IMG/VR virus record: IMGVR_UViG_3300034101_003821
DNA: 20,000 bases
Origin: an uncultured virus (IMG/VR IMGVR_UViG_3300034101_003821)
Lineage: Duplodnaviria > Heunggongvirae > Uroviricota > Caudoviricetes
Reading direction: 5' to 3' (one strand)
The notes under the pieces are model-generated. The model was not told the origin of the DNA. It saw only the letters and a list, made by a program, of their open reading frames with translations, and did no database searches. A program made the position numbers and the translations under genes. Positions 1-9,485 of this stretch are shown piece after piece (position 1 is the first letter of the stretch; each line of letters opens with the position of its first letter).

Positions 1-1063
1 TTAATTTATTATAAAGTTTTTCCATCACAAAATCAAATTCTTCTTTCCCTTGAGGTCTTGTTTCAGGATTTTCGTATGGCGTAATTCTTTCAGGTTTTCT
101 TCTTGGTTTTTCTTTTGGTTTTTCTGTTGGGGTTTTTGGTTTGGTAGCAGGTTCTTTTACACCTGGTTCAGACATAAATTCAAAGTCCATCATATCCAAA
201 TCAAAATCTTCATCTTCCCCTTGAGGTCTTGTCTCAGGGTTTTCGTATGGTGTTTCACGTGATGGTTTTCTTCTTGGTTTTTCCTTAGGTTTTTCAGTTG
301 GAGTTTTAGGTTTTGTTACTGGTTCTTTTACACCAGGTTCTGCCATAAATTCAAAATCTTCTAACATTTCGGATTCACCGAAATAGAAATCCTCGTTAAT
401 TCTATTTTTTAATAAACCTAATAAATCCTTTTTAGTTATAGTTGGTTGTAATGATTCTTTAACCAATTTATCCAAATTCTTTTCTGTCATAAAATTTTCA
501 AACGTTGGTCTCATCGACTTATTAACATTTTTTCCCATTTGAGATGCCGCAACAGAACCTATTTTTTCCAAATAGTTTGCCATCGTGAAATTCTCCTTAG
601 TTTCCTTCTTTTTGTATTTTACTGTTTTTTCAGGATGTTTTTTTTCTGGCATATTTTTATATTGTTTCTTTGATGTACTCTTAGAAAATTCTTTAGCCAT
701 TTTACACCATTTACAATCATCACTTTTACATTTGTTACAACGAGCCCAAAATAATCCTTGTTGTGCTTTTGACTCGAATTTTTCATCTAACTTATCATCC
801 TCCATCATTTCAACAGTAGTTTTCCCATCCTTGTTTGATACTACAGCGTTTTTTACGTCCATTGACCCACCAGGATTCAATGTGTAGATGTCAGTTGTCT
901 TTGTTGATTTGGTCGCATTAATAGGTTGTGTTGTTTGTTCCTCAACCTTTTTTTTGTTCATTCTTTCATACAATGCGTTTATTGTACTTTCATTTAATGA
1001 TACAATAAAATCAGGAGTGAGACCAATATCCAATAAAAATCCAACTTTATTATTAAGATTCAT
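1..1063 (-). CDS. Hypothetical phage protein, 3'-truncated by the window edge; CxxC-x4-CxxC cluster and a duplicated 57-aa Pro/Lys/Glu-rich C-terminal repeat; possible virion/head protein
   Basis: Not in the ORF track. ATG at 1063 overlaps the end of the upstream ORF and the frame stays open to position 1: MNLNNKVGFLLDIG...EKFESKAQQGLFWARCNKCKSDDCKWCK...DFEFMAEPGVKEPVTKPKTPTEKPKEKPRRKP... Confidence 0.85.
   Translation of the reverse strand, partial: MNLNNKVGFLLDIGLTPDFIVSLNESTINALYERMNKKKVEEQTTQPINATKSTKTTDIYTLNPGGSMDVKNAVVSNKDGKTTVEMMEDDKLDEKFESKAQQGLFWARCNKCKSDDCKWCKMAKEFSKSTSKKQYKNMPEKKHPEKTVKYKKKETKENFTMANYLEKIGSVAASQMGKNVNKSMRPTFENFMTEKNLDKLVKESLQPTITKKDLLGLLKNRINEDFYFGESEMLEDFEFMAEPGVKEPVTKPKTPTEKPKEKPRRKPSRETPYENPETRPQGEDEDFDLDMMDFEFMSEPGVKEPATKPKTPTEKPKEKPRRKPERITPYENPETRPQGKEEFDFVMEKLYNKL
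30..358 (-). repeat. Two-copy in-frame direct repeat, period 171 nt (57 aa)
   Basis: ttgaggtctt at 50 and 221, and ataaattcaaa at 174 and 345; each copy encodes DFEFM[AS]EPGVKEP[VA]TKPKTPTEKPKEKPRRKP..R.TPYENPETRPQG. Confidence 0.9.
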
Positions 1064-1463
1064 AAGAAAATTTTTTTTCAAATTCAAGGACTATATCCCT
1101 TTCATATAATTTATTTTTTACATTCTCCTCAGTTTCACCAAATCTGAAAACTAATCTTTTAACTAAATCAAAATTAATTAACTCAGATTCATTTTCCCAA
1201 CCTAAAGCTACAACATCATCTATTGCATCAATCATTGAAAAATAATCTGATTTTTGTATGACTGATAGAGAAATTTTATCATTTTTTAAAACACCTACTT
1301 TTTTTATATGTTCTAAATCAGGTGGTAGTGGATAACCATTAGATGGTTTTGATTCCCACATTTCACCCCAAACATCAGTAATATTATCACTAAATATAAA
1401 CTCGTAAATGTTATCACCTTTATAATTCGGACCTAATTCATTAACATATATCAAATAGTTCAT
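1053..1463 (-). CDS. Hypothetical protein (136 aa)
   Basis: Normal globular composition; overlaps neighbours on both sides (translational coupling). Confidence 0.8.
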   Translation of the reverse strand: MNYLIYVNELGPNYKGDNIYEFIFSDNITDVWGEMWESKPSNGYPLPPDLEHIKKVGVLKNDKISLSVIQKSDYFSMIDAIDDVVALGWENESELINFDLVKRLVFRFGETEENVKNKLYERDIVLEFEKKFSYES

Positions 1464-2707
1464 ATCAATCTACCACTTGTTGTTACGCCAAATTTTTCTC
1501 CTTCCATTTCAAAAACTAAAGTTCCCTTTTTGTTTTTACCAATAAGTTTAGCGGAGGGGTATTTGTTCAAAAATCTTTTTGAAGTTGATTCTTGTTTAAA
1601 GTTTTCGGATAACCTTTCCAACTTACTTTCATTAATATTTTTTGGAGTTTCATTGAAATACTTTTGTAATATTCTGTCAACTTTTGATTCAGATACACCA
1701 TATCCCATTTCTTTCATCCTCATTTTGTGTTGACGTTCCTCAAAACTTTCTCTTCTTCCGTGTCTTGGGTACATTTCAGCCATTTCACCTTCTGGTGCAA
1801 CTGGTATTTCAGGTTCAGGTAATTCTTCACCACCCATCTCAGGTTCAGGTAATTCTTCACCACCCATTTCAGGTTCAGGTAATTCCTCATCACTCATTTC
1901 AGGTTCTTCAATTTCTTCCCCCTCTTCAAATTTTGAAGTAATTTCTTCAATGTCGTCAGGTTCAAGTTTACTTAAGTCCAAAGCAGACAAAATTGAATTA
2001 ATAACATATTTTACATCTTGGGATGACATATCATTATCTTCATCAGTACCAAATGTTCTAAGTTTTTGAGCTAATTTACCAGTAAGTTTTTGAATACTTT
2101 TGAAAGTAACAACATCTTCCTCTTGTGGAGTTTCACCCTCACCATCCATAGGAACTTCATCATCCATTGGCATCTCATCTGTCATAGGTTCTTCAGCGGG
2201 TAATGGTTCTTCGATAGGCATTTCAGTTTCAGGTGTTGCTGGTACAGCTGGTGGTGTCGCAGGTGCTGCTGGTGCTGGTGGAATTTGAGTTTCTTCTTGT
2301 TCATTGGTTTCACCACCTTTTACTAAAAAATATTTTTTGTCATCAATATTTTCTTGTTCGTTAAATAATGACAAGTTTCCTCTATAACCCTCATTTACAT
2401 TTACCTCTTTCACAATAAGGTTTAAACGTTTCAATGCTTGTGAATAAGACGAATAATACTTTCTATTTTTCATCGGCTCAATATATTCACTAACTGATTC
2501 GGTCAACCCTTTTTTAATAACATATCCATTTTTTTCTTTTGTGATATGATATGTATTTCCATCAGCTAATGTTTTTGAATATTCTAAAGATTCACTCTCG
2601 TTAATTGACTGAGGAGTATTTAAATTATATTTAGAAATTTCCAAAATCCTTTGAATTTTTTCCATTCCTCCTAATTTTTCACTACCAATAGGTTTTAATT
2701 TTCCCAT
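1460..2707 (-). CDS. Acidic Pro/Glu-rich protein (415 aa), probable head scaffold/internal virion protein
   Basis: Long ORF with low-complexity acidic linkers, several I/L-x-E motifs (INE, LTE) and an upstream TATTTATA motif; function is inferred. Confidence 0.75.
   Translation of the reverse strand: MGKLKPIGSEKLGGMEKIQRILEISKYNLNTPQSINESESLEYSKTLADGNTYHITKEKNGYVIKKGLTESVSEYIEPMKNRKYYSSYSQALKRLNLIVKEVNVNEGYRGNLSLFNEQENIDDKKYFLVKGGETNEQEETQIPPAPAAPATPPAVPATPETEMPIEEPLPAEEPMTDEMPMDDEVPMDGEGETPQEEDVVTFKSIQKLTGKLAQKLRTFGTDEDNDMSSQDVKYVINSILSALDLSKLEPDDIEEITSKFEEGEEIEEPEMSDEELPEPEMGGEELPEPEMGGEELPEPEIPVAPEGEMAEMYPRHGRRESFEERQHKMRMKEMGYGVSESKVDRILQKYFNETPKNINESKLERLSENFKQESTSKRFLNKYPSAKLIGKNKKGTLVFEMEGEKFGVTTSGRLI
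1806..1910 (-). repeat. 30-nt tandem repeat, about 3 copies (EELPEPEMGG)
   Basis: tcaggttcaggtaatt recurs at 30-nt spacing. Confidence 0.9.
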
Positions 2708-2768
2708 ATTTCGATTTTTTTGTTATTATTTTTTATATATAAATATGTACAATTAATCAATTCTACAT

Positions 2769-3530
2769 TTACTCAATAGAAAGTTTATTATCTATAAGTT
2801 TTAAAGGCGTTTTATATAATTTGTCAATATACCCATTTCTTCGTAATACTTTAAAAACCAAATTTTCCAAGCTCATTTCACCACCCCCTTTTAAACCACT
2901 TAATCTAAACTTTTTAAGTTTATTTTTAAATTGATTTAGTGTTTTTTCGATTGTGTCAATATCTTGGTCTTCCATATTTTTTATCGAAGAATCAATAGTT
3001 CTCATCCATTGTTTAGATTTATTTTTTACATCTTTCAAATCCACTTTAAAATCAAACCTTTTGGGTGTTTTTAACCATTCATCATTCAGTAACGAATAAA
3101 CACCTCCACTGATACCTTGCATATCAGTATCCTCAATGAAAAACTCAACATCAAAACCAAACATTTTTACATCTCTTTTTTGATTGAAAATTACTTTTTT
3201 CAAATCAAAATATTCAACGTACATATCTTTAAGTTCATTGGAAAATTGTTTGTAATCAACTAATATGTGCACGTCAATGTCTGAGAACTTAGACCAATTA
3301 TAGTTAGCTATTGAACCAACTACAATAATGTCTTCAATAACAACGTCAATGTCCAAACTTTCAATAAATTGGTAAGTTATCTCAAGTAAATTTTTTCTAA
3401 CCTTTGGGTTTATTTTATATTTCTGACCTTCAGGGTCACCCATATGTTTTTCATTTGGTAGATACCATATTTTTGGATACAACTGGTCTTGTACCTCGAA
3501 ACTACTTAAAATATTTTCAATATTATCCAT
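2769..3530 (-). CDS. Nucleotidyltransferase, DNA polymerase beta superfamily
   Basis: GSIANYNWSKFSDIDVHI fits hG[GS]x9-13DhD, with a later acidic DVEFFIED strand. Start moved to ATG 3530 (MDNIENILSS), just downstream of a TATTTATC motif, rather than 3569. Confidence 0.8.
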   Translation of the reverse strand: MDNIENILSSFEVQDQLYPKIWYLPNEKHMGDPEGQKYKINPKVRKNLLEITYQFIESLDIDVVIEDIIVVGSIANYNWSKFSDIDVHILVDYKQFSNELKDMYVEYFDLKKVIFNQKRDVKMFGFDVEFFIEDTDMQGISGGVYSLLNDEWLKTPKRFDFKVDLKDVKNKSKQWMRTIDSSIKNMEDQDIDTIEKTLNQFKNKLKKFRLSGLKGGGEMSLENLVFKVLRRNGYIDKLYKTPLKLIDNKLSIE

Positions 3531-3565
3531 GTCTGATAAATATTCACATACATTGGAAATATACA

Positions 3566-3808
3566 TCAAACCTTTTTGTACTTGTAATTTTTAGCGATGG
3601 TGGAACTAAAAAACTTACCTTGGGATTCCGATAACCTGAATCTAGTGTAAATTGTGTGCGGTACTTCATCATATTCATATTTAGTTCCATTTTTGAATTC
3701 AACAATCATTTTTTTAGTTGCTGTATCATACTCACTTCTTACTAAATTACTTGATTGTACTTCATTTATAATTTTTGTACCTACTATTTCTTCTTTTAAT
3801 ATTGCCAT
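3566..3808 (-). CDS. KTSC domain protein
   Basis: VQSSNL...YD...M.VEFKNGTKYEY..VP...Y......S.GKFF...I...Y matches the KTSC pattern. Confidence 0.88.
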   Translation of the reverse strand: MAILKEEIVGTKIINEVQSSNLVRSEYDTATKKMIVEFKNGTKYEYDEVPHTIYTRFRLSESQGKFFSSTIAKNYKYKKV

Positions 3809-3820
3809 TTTTTTAAATTT

Positions 3821-3847
3821 AAAAAACCCCCATTTATATCGGGGGTT
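3821..3847 (-). terminator. Intrinsic terminator after the UVR gene
   Basis: AACCCCC/GGGGGTT stem with a U-tract on the minus strand. Confidence 0.6.
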
Positions 3848-3851
3848 AAAG

Positions 3852-4289
3852 TTAATTAATTTTTTTTAATTCATCTCTGATTTCTATAGCCCTTTCGAAA
3901 TCTTGTTTTTCAATAGCTATTTCCATTTCTTTTTTGAGAGTTTCAATTTTCCCTTTGTTTTTCTGAAGTTCTTTTATTTCGTCTCTGATTTTAGCCGCCT
4001 GTTCAAAATCTTGGTTTTGGATACATTCGTTTAATTTAGTTTCCAAATCCCTCTTTGTATTTGAATTAGATGCTGACCATTTTGTGTTAGGGTTAATCAC
4101 AAAATGAATCGAAGTAATAATTCCATCCTTTGTCTTTCTAACTGAATTTCTTAGTTTACTAAAATCAGTATCAATGTCATCATACTTTAAATTCTCCAAG
4201 AAACTTTCAAATGGAATTGTTGGTTTATGTTTTCCACCGAAAATCTCATCCAAAATTTTCTCAAATTTTTTATAAAAATCGTTATCCAT
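3852..4289 (-). CDS. Protein with two tandem UVR (UvrB/UvrC) coiled-coil motifs
   Basis: LETKLNECIQNQDFEQAAKIRDEIKEL and LKKEMEIAIEKQDFERAIEIRDELKKI both fit the UVR consensus. Confidence 0.85.
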   Translation of the reverse strand: MDNDFYKKFEKILDEIFGGKHKPTIPFESFLENLKYDDIDTDFSKLRNSVRKTKDGIITSIHFVINPNTKWSASNSNTKRDLETKLNECIQNQDFEQAAKIRDEIKELQKNKGKIETLKKEMEIAIEKQDFERAIEIRDELKKIN

Positions 4290-4389
4290 AATAAATTGTT
4301 TGTTATTAAGTTTATTTTACTTAGTATTGTACGAATTATATACCAATTAATTAAGATAATCAATAATGTCACTTTGTAATTAAAAATAC

Positions 4390-4402
4390 TGACATTTTGT
4401 CA
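4390..4402. promoter_or_regulatory. Palindromic operator-like site TGACA-TTT-TGTCA in the divergent UVR/clpC intergenic region
   Basis: Perfect 5-3-5 inverted repeat, plus an extra TGTCA half-site at 4367-4371. Confidence 0.5.
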
Positions 4403-4455
4403 TTACAAGATTGTTGAAAATACCAAATAAAACATTATTATTAAATAAAAAAGTT

Positions 4456-6486
4456 ATGATAGAATCTAAAGATGGAGATTACTCAAGTAAAGGTAAGGGC
4501 GACACACCAGTATTAAATAATTTTGCAAAAGATTTGGTTAAACTTGCGGAGGAGGGAAAATTAGACCCTGTTGTAGGTAGAGATAGAGAAATAACAAGAA
4601 TAGCCCAAATATTATCAAGAAGAAAGAAAAATAATCCAATTATAATCGGTGAACCAGGTTGTGGAAAAACCGCTATAGTAGAAGGTTTGGCCTTGAAAAT
4701 ATTGAATGGAGATTGTCCAAGAAATCTAATGGATAAAAGAATTATGTCCTTAGATATGACCTCAATTGTTGCAGGTACAAAATATAGAGGACAATTTGAG
4801 GAAAGAATGAAGGTGATTATAGAAGAACTACAAGCCGCCCCAAATATCATTTTGTTTATCGATGAAATCCATCAAATTGTTGGTGCAGGTAATTCATCAG
4901 GTTCATTGGATGCCTCTAACATATTTAAACCAGCCTTAGCAAGAGGGGAAATCCAATGTATTGGTGCAACCACTTTGGATGAATATAGAAAGAATTTTGA
5001 AAAAGATGGGGCATTAGAAAGACGATTCCAAAAAGTAATTGTTGACCCATCAACTAAAGATGAAACATTACAAATTTTATTAAATGTCAAAGACAAATAT
5101 GAAAATTACCATAAAGTAAATTATAGTGATGATGTACTTAAACTTTGTGTTGATTTAGCAGAAAGATATATTACAGATAGAGAATTTCCGGATAAGGCAT
5201 TTGACATTATTGATGAAGTCGGAGCAAGAAGTCAGGTTGAAATTAAAATGCCCCAAATTGTGGAGGATTTGAAAACACAAGCCCAAGAAATAAAAAAACA
5301 AAAAATAGATGTTGTAAAAAGTCAAAACTATGAACTGGCTGCAGATTTAAGAGATAAGGAAACAAAAATATTAGATAAGTTAGAAGAGGAAAAAAAGAAA
5401 TTCGAATTTGATTTATTAAACAAAAAGAAAGAAGTTAGTGTGGAACTAGTTTATGAAGTTGTATCTAATATGACTAAGATTCCTGTCTCAAAAATGGATT
5501 CTGATGAAACTAATAAACTTTCATCTCTTGATAACAATTTGGCTTCGAAAGTTATTGGACAATCAGAAGCTGTTCTTAAAATCGCAAAAGCAATAAGGAG
5601 AAATAGATTGGGGATTAAAGACCCTAATAAACCAATTGGTTCATTTATTTTCTTAGGCTCAACAGGTGTGGGTAAAACTTATTTAGCCAAACAATTAGCT
5701 AAGGAAATATTTGGTAGTGAAGAAAATCTAATCCGTGTTGATATGTCAGAATTCCAAGAAAAACATTCAATATCAAGATTAATTGGTTCACCTCCAGGTT
5801 ACGTTGGTTACGATGAAGGGGGACAACTTACCGAACAAGTGAAAAATAAACCATATTCAGTTATTTTATTCGATGAAATTGAGAAAGCAAATAAAGACGT
5901 GTTTGCAACGTTACTCCAAGTTTTAGACGATGGACATCTTACTGATGGTCTTGGAAGAAAAATTAATTTCAAGAATTGTATCATTATTATGACCTCAAAC
6001 CTTGGTGTCAAAAAACTACAAGATTTTGGTACTGGTGTTGGATTCAAAACAAACGCGAATGTTTACATTGAAGAGGAACATAAAAGGGATATGTTAAAAA
6101 AGGAATTGCAGAAATTCTTTGCCCCTGAATTCCTTAATCGTATTGATGAAATTATTGTTTTTAATACATTGAAGGAAGACGAAGTAAAACAAATTGTTAA
6201 ATTAGAGGTCGATAAACTAATTAAAAGATTAGAAGGTTTGAATTATAATATTTCTTGTGATGATTCAGTTTTAGAATTAATTTCTAAAGTTGGTTTTGAT
6301 GAAACATATGGTGCCAGACCAATCAAAAGAGCAATTCAAGATAAAATTGAAGATTTTGTATCAGAAGAGGTGTTAAATGGTAAAATTATAGAAAATGAAC
6401 AATACATTCTAACCGTAGATAATGAAAGTATAATTTTCAAAGAAAAGGAAACCAAAAAAACCAAAAAGAAAAAAGGGACTGAATAG
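4456..6486 (+). CDS. clpC: ClpC-like AAA+ unfoldase (two AAA modules, UVR middle domain, ClpP-docking VGF loop), lacking the Clp-N domain
   Basis: Walker A GEPGCGKT and GSTGVGKT; Walker B LFIDEIH and ILFDEIEK; pore loops AGTKYRG and GYVG; UVR QNYELAADLRDKE; GTGVGF loop; YGARPIKR. ATG 4456 preferred over TTG 4411. Confidence 0.93.
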   Translation: MIESKDGDYSSKGKGDTPVLNNFAKDLVKLAEEGKLDPVVGRDREITRIAQILSRRKKNNPIIIGEPGCGKTAIVEGLALKILNGDCPRNLMDKRIMSLDMTSIVAGTKYRGQFEERMKVIIEELQAAPNIILFIDEIHQIVGAGNSSGSLDASNIFKPALARGEIQCIGATTLDEYRKNFEKDGALERRFQKVIVDPSTKDETLQILLNVKDKYENYHKVNYSDDVLKLCVDLAERYITDREFPDKAFDIIDEVGARSQVEIKMPQIVEDLKTQAQEIKKQKIDVVKSQNYELAADLRDKETKILDKLEEEKKKFEFDLLNKKKEVSVELVYEVVSNMTKIPVSKMDSDETNKLSSLDNNLASKVIGQSEAVLKIAKAIRRNRLGIKDPNKPIGSFIFLGSTGVGKTYLAKQLAKEIFGSEENLIRVDMSEFQEKHSISRLIGSPPGYVGYDEGGQLTEQVKNKPYSVILFDEIEKANKDVFATLLQVLDDGHLTDGLGRKINFKNCIIIMTSNLGVKKLQDFGTGVGFKTNANVYIEEEHKRDMLKKELQKFFAPEFLNRIDEIIVFNTLKEDEVKQIVKLEVDKLIKRLEGLNYNISCDDSVLELISKVGFDETYGARPIKRAIQDKIEDFVSEEVLNGKIIENEQYILTVDNESIIFKEKETKKTKKKKGTE

Positions 6487-6497
6487 TCCCTTTTTTT
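6469..6497. terminator. Bidirectional intrinsic terminator between convergent genes
   Basis: AAAAAAGGGACT-GAAT-AGTCCCTTTTTTT. Confidence 0.85.
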
Positions 6498-6498
6498 A

Positions 6499-7170
6499 TT
6501 ATTTTATTAATTGTTTGAATCTATCAATTTCCTCTTTTAAATTTTCTTCTTTTTTCTTTTCCTCTGTACCCTTTGTTTCACCTGTACTTGTTAAAGGACT
6601 TGTTGACTTCTTAGTTGTTGTAGTTGTTGTAGTATCAAAATCAACCACTTCAGGTTTACTCAAATCTTCTTCAGGACTCATTTCATCCTTTGACATCATC
6701 AAATCTTTACCTATTTGCGCTCTCTTTGAACCAGGAACAACATCTAATCGTTGTCCACTCAATTTTTCAGTAGATAAAAGATTTATTTCACCTAAAGCTT
6801 TTTTGTAACCAGGAAAAAATGGTTCCCACTTTGTAATAACAAAATCCAAAAGTTTTAACAATCTCATTTTTTTCTCAGGTGCGATTGATAACTTATCAAC
6901 TCTTGGTTTTAACTCCTTGAGTTCTTCCATAAATTTTTCAATGTCATCAAGTTCTTTAATTACTTTTTGACTTCTATTTTTAATTTTACTCAAAAATTTA
7001 AAATAACCAAAACTTTCACCTTTCATAAAACCTCTTACACCTTGGAAAAAGTCACTAGCTTTAGTACCACTTAGAATTTCGTCTAATTCTTCTGTTTGAG
7101 ATTCAGTTTCTAAAATTATATTAGATAATCTTTCGATGTCACTTTCATTAATATTTCTATACTTACTCAT
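6499..7170 (-). CDS. Hypothetical protein (223 aa), probable virion-associated
   Basis: Upstream TATTTATA motif; N-terminal INESDIERL; C-terminal ENLKEEIDRFKQLIK motif shared with 11450..12094. Confidence 0.75.
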   Translation of the reverse strand: MSKYRNINESDIERLSNIILETESQTEELDEILSGTKASDFFQGVRGFMKGESFGYFKFLSKIKNRSQKVIKELDDIEKFMEELKELKPRVDKLSIAPEKKMRLLKLLDFVITKWEPFFPGYKKALGEINLLSTEKLSGQRLDVVPGSKRAQIGKDLMMSKDEMSPEEDLSKPEVVDFDTTTTTTTKKSTSPLTSTGETKGTEEKKKEENLKEEIDRFKQLIK

Positions 7171-7211
7171 AATTTTTTTATTTATAAATATAGTAATATA
7201 TGAAAAAAAAA

Positions 7212-8003
7212 TTATTTTTTAGTGTATTTTTTTGTACCCAACTCAGATATCATTTTCTTAGCAATATCCAAAGTATTATATACATCATCAACAATTACAT
7301 ATTCGTGTTCTGTGTGATAGTTGTAATAACCAACAGCAAAGTTTATACAGGAAAAATCAAATAGTTGTTTAAGTGCGTAAACATCAGTATAAGGGTGGGA
7401 TTGGTATTTGTTTCGACTATTAAAACCCTCCGTTAATACTTTGTCACATTTATCGAAGAAATCACTACCCTTATCAAATAGTTTGACACCCATACAATAC
7501 TCACTGACCATCCAATTACCAGGAGCATCAAATTGCATAACATAACCAACATTTGAGAAGAAATCTTTATCGGCTTTTTTTGACCCATGACATCCTGTTT
7601 CTTCCGATACAAAGAAAGCTGCTTTGACATTTGGTAATTGTTTTAATAACTCCAAACAAACATAAACACCACATTTGTCATCACCCCCAATTCCAGTGGG
7701 TAATCCTTGGTCATTAAAAGCCTTTAAGGCCATCTTTAATTCGTTTTGGTCATTGGGTAACATCATCTCACGAATATTGATTGTATCGAGCTCGTGAACG
7801 GTATCTGTGTGGGCAACGACACAAGGAAAATATTCAACCTCATCAGTTTGTTTGGTTGCATAAACATTTCCCATCTTATCAACAAAATAAGGAATATTAT
7901 TTTCAACCAACCATTCGGTTAAAAATTGAATCATTAAATCCTCTTTATATGTTTTTGTGGGGACAGATAAAACCCTTTTTAAAAAATTGATATTTTGTTC
8001 CAT
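7212..8003 (-). CDS. M20/M28-family zinc metallopeptidase
   Basis: AHTDTVH, GGDDKCG, SEETG, QFD and C-terminal YYNYHT zinc-ligand motifs. Confidence 0.85.
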   Translation of the reverse strand: MEQNINFLKRVLSVPTKTYKEDLMIQFLTEWLVENNIPYFVDKMGNVYATKQTDEVEYFPCVVAHTDTVHELDTINIREMMLPNDQNELKMALKAFNDQGLPTGIGGDDKCGVYVCLELLKQLPNVKAAFFVSEETGCHGSKKADKDFFSNVGYVMQFDAPGNWMVSEYCMGVKLFDKGSDFFDKCDKVLTEGFNSRNKYQSHPYTDVYALKQLFDFSCINFAVGYYNYHTEHEYVIVDDVYNTLDIAKKMISELGTKKYTKK

Positions 8004-8012
8004 AGAACAATA

Positions 8013-9407
8013 TTACATAATTCTTTTCAATCTTTTTACTAAACTTTCAAAAAGTTCTGGTGAATGTAAATAATTAACAAACTCTTCTATTGTGTAACTT
8101 CTTCTTTCTCCCCTTCCTGATGATTTATTCCAATGAACTATTACTACTTTTGAGTCGTCTTTTCTAATTTCGTCAATTCTGAATGAATTTTCCGTGTTTG
8201 GTAATTTATATTGACCACCAATTTGGTAACCCATATCATTAAGTTTTTTCAATACATCGGCATAGTTTTTGAAGGCCTCAAACTTTTCAGGTTCATCTTC
8301 TATTTCTTCTAATATTGTATCCAATTGGTCACCAACAACATCATTAAATTGTTCAAAATCAAAATCCCAACTATCCATAGCCACTTCATTATAATAACCA
8401 ATATCTAAGTCCATTTCTTCACCCAATTCCTTAAATAGTTCAACAATTGTTGCTTGTTTACTTTGAGTTTTTTTATATAAACTTAATAGGATATTTACGG
8501 TTGTCACATAATTTGTAAAAACACCTGATTTTCTGAAAACCCCATATTGTTGGAATACATCCGCAATATCTTTTATACCAATTTCTTTGATTTTTTCTAC
8601 TGCGGATTCGTTTCTTAATGAATTGTACTCATCAGCAATCCTTTCACCAACCACCGGAAAATTGGTATCTAAGAACTGAACAACACTCTTATTATATTTA
8701 TCCTCATCTTTGTCTTTTAAATCTTTTACACCAGGAATTAGAAATGAAACAATATCATCCAACTTTTTTTTGTTTTTATCATCAAATGAACCAAACATAT
8801 AACCTTCTTTCCAATCGTCCCAAGTCATATCACTAGGTATCAAATCAAAAGAACTACCATAATAACTATTTCCAAATATAGACCCCAATATCCTTGCATC
8901 CCATTCACCTTCTTTATAGTCAAAAAAAGATATATATTCATCAGCATCAAACATAAGTTGAATCATACTCTTACCAGGATTCTTTTCGTTAAGTGTCATC
9001 CCATTTAAAGATTCATCAATGCTTCTCATATCCCATTTATCATATTTTTTACCCGCCTTAATTAATAACAACATTTCATAAGGGTTCTCAGGTTTAATGA
9101 ACTCAACAAGTTTCGATTCTAATTGTGGATAATCCTCAATTACATCCATAAAGTTATTTACCATCCCATCAAAATCCAACACATCAGTATAGCCATTTCT
9201 TACTTGATTCAATACATAACTATTCTCACCATCTTTATCAACGATTAAATAGACATCACCATATCTATTGAACTTATTATATTCTCTCTTCAATTTTTCA
9301 GAAGCGTAGTAGTCCATAGCGTCATACCCTTTCACTTTGATAAATAAAACCTTATCATCCTCAAATTTAATCTCTGATTCTTCATCAGCTAATTCCTTCG
9401 GTGTCAT
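8013..9407 (-). CDS. Hypothetical acidic protein (464 aa)
   Basis: Long ORF with an upstream TATTTATA motif; no family recognised. Confidence 0.8.
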   Translation of the reverse strand: MTPKELADEESEIKFEDDKVLFIKVKGYDAMDYYASEKLKREYNKFNRYGDVYLIVDKDGENSYVLNQVRNGYTDVLDFDGMVNNFMDVIEDYPQLESKLVEFIKPENPYEMLLLIKAGKKYDKWDMRSIDESLNGMTLNEKNPGKSMIQLMFDADEYISFFDYKEGEWDARILGSIFGNSYYGSSFDLIPSDMTWDDWKEGYMFGSFDDKNKKKLDDIVSFLIPGVKDLKDKDEDKYNKSVVQFLDTNFPVVGERIADEYNSLRNESAVEKIKEIGIKDIADVFQQYGVFRKSGVFTNYVTTVNILLSLYKKTQSKQATIVELFKELGEEMDLDIGYYNEVAMDSWDFDFEQFNDVVGDQLDTILEEIEDEPEKFEAFKNYADVLKKLNDMGYQIGGQYKLPNTENSFRIDEIRKDDSKVVIVHWNKSSGRGERRSYTIEEFVNYLHSPELFESLVKRLKRIM

Positions 9408-9485
9408 AAAAAATATTTTTCTTTATAAATACCTTGGTTTATTCATTATTTATATTTATCCTTGTATAAAGTTAATTGAAAATAT

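Noticed and set aside
50..1109. Plus-strand ORFs 50..262, 585..887 and 888..1109, and similar shadow ORFs across the window (e.g. 4479..4850, 5808..6047, 6515..6808, 18864..19139)
   Set aside because: They are antisense to longer, well-supported genes and have the F/S/L-rich composition expected of reverse-strand shadows.
1806..1910. CRISPR-like array
   Set aside because: The repeats are contiguous, in-frame coding repeats with no unique spacers, and no cas genes are present.
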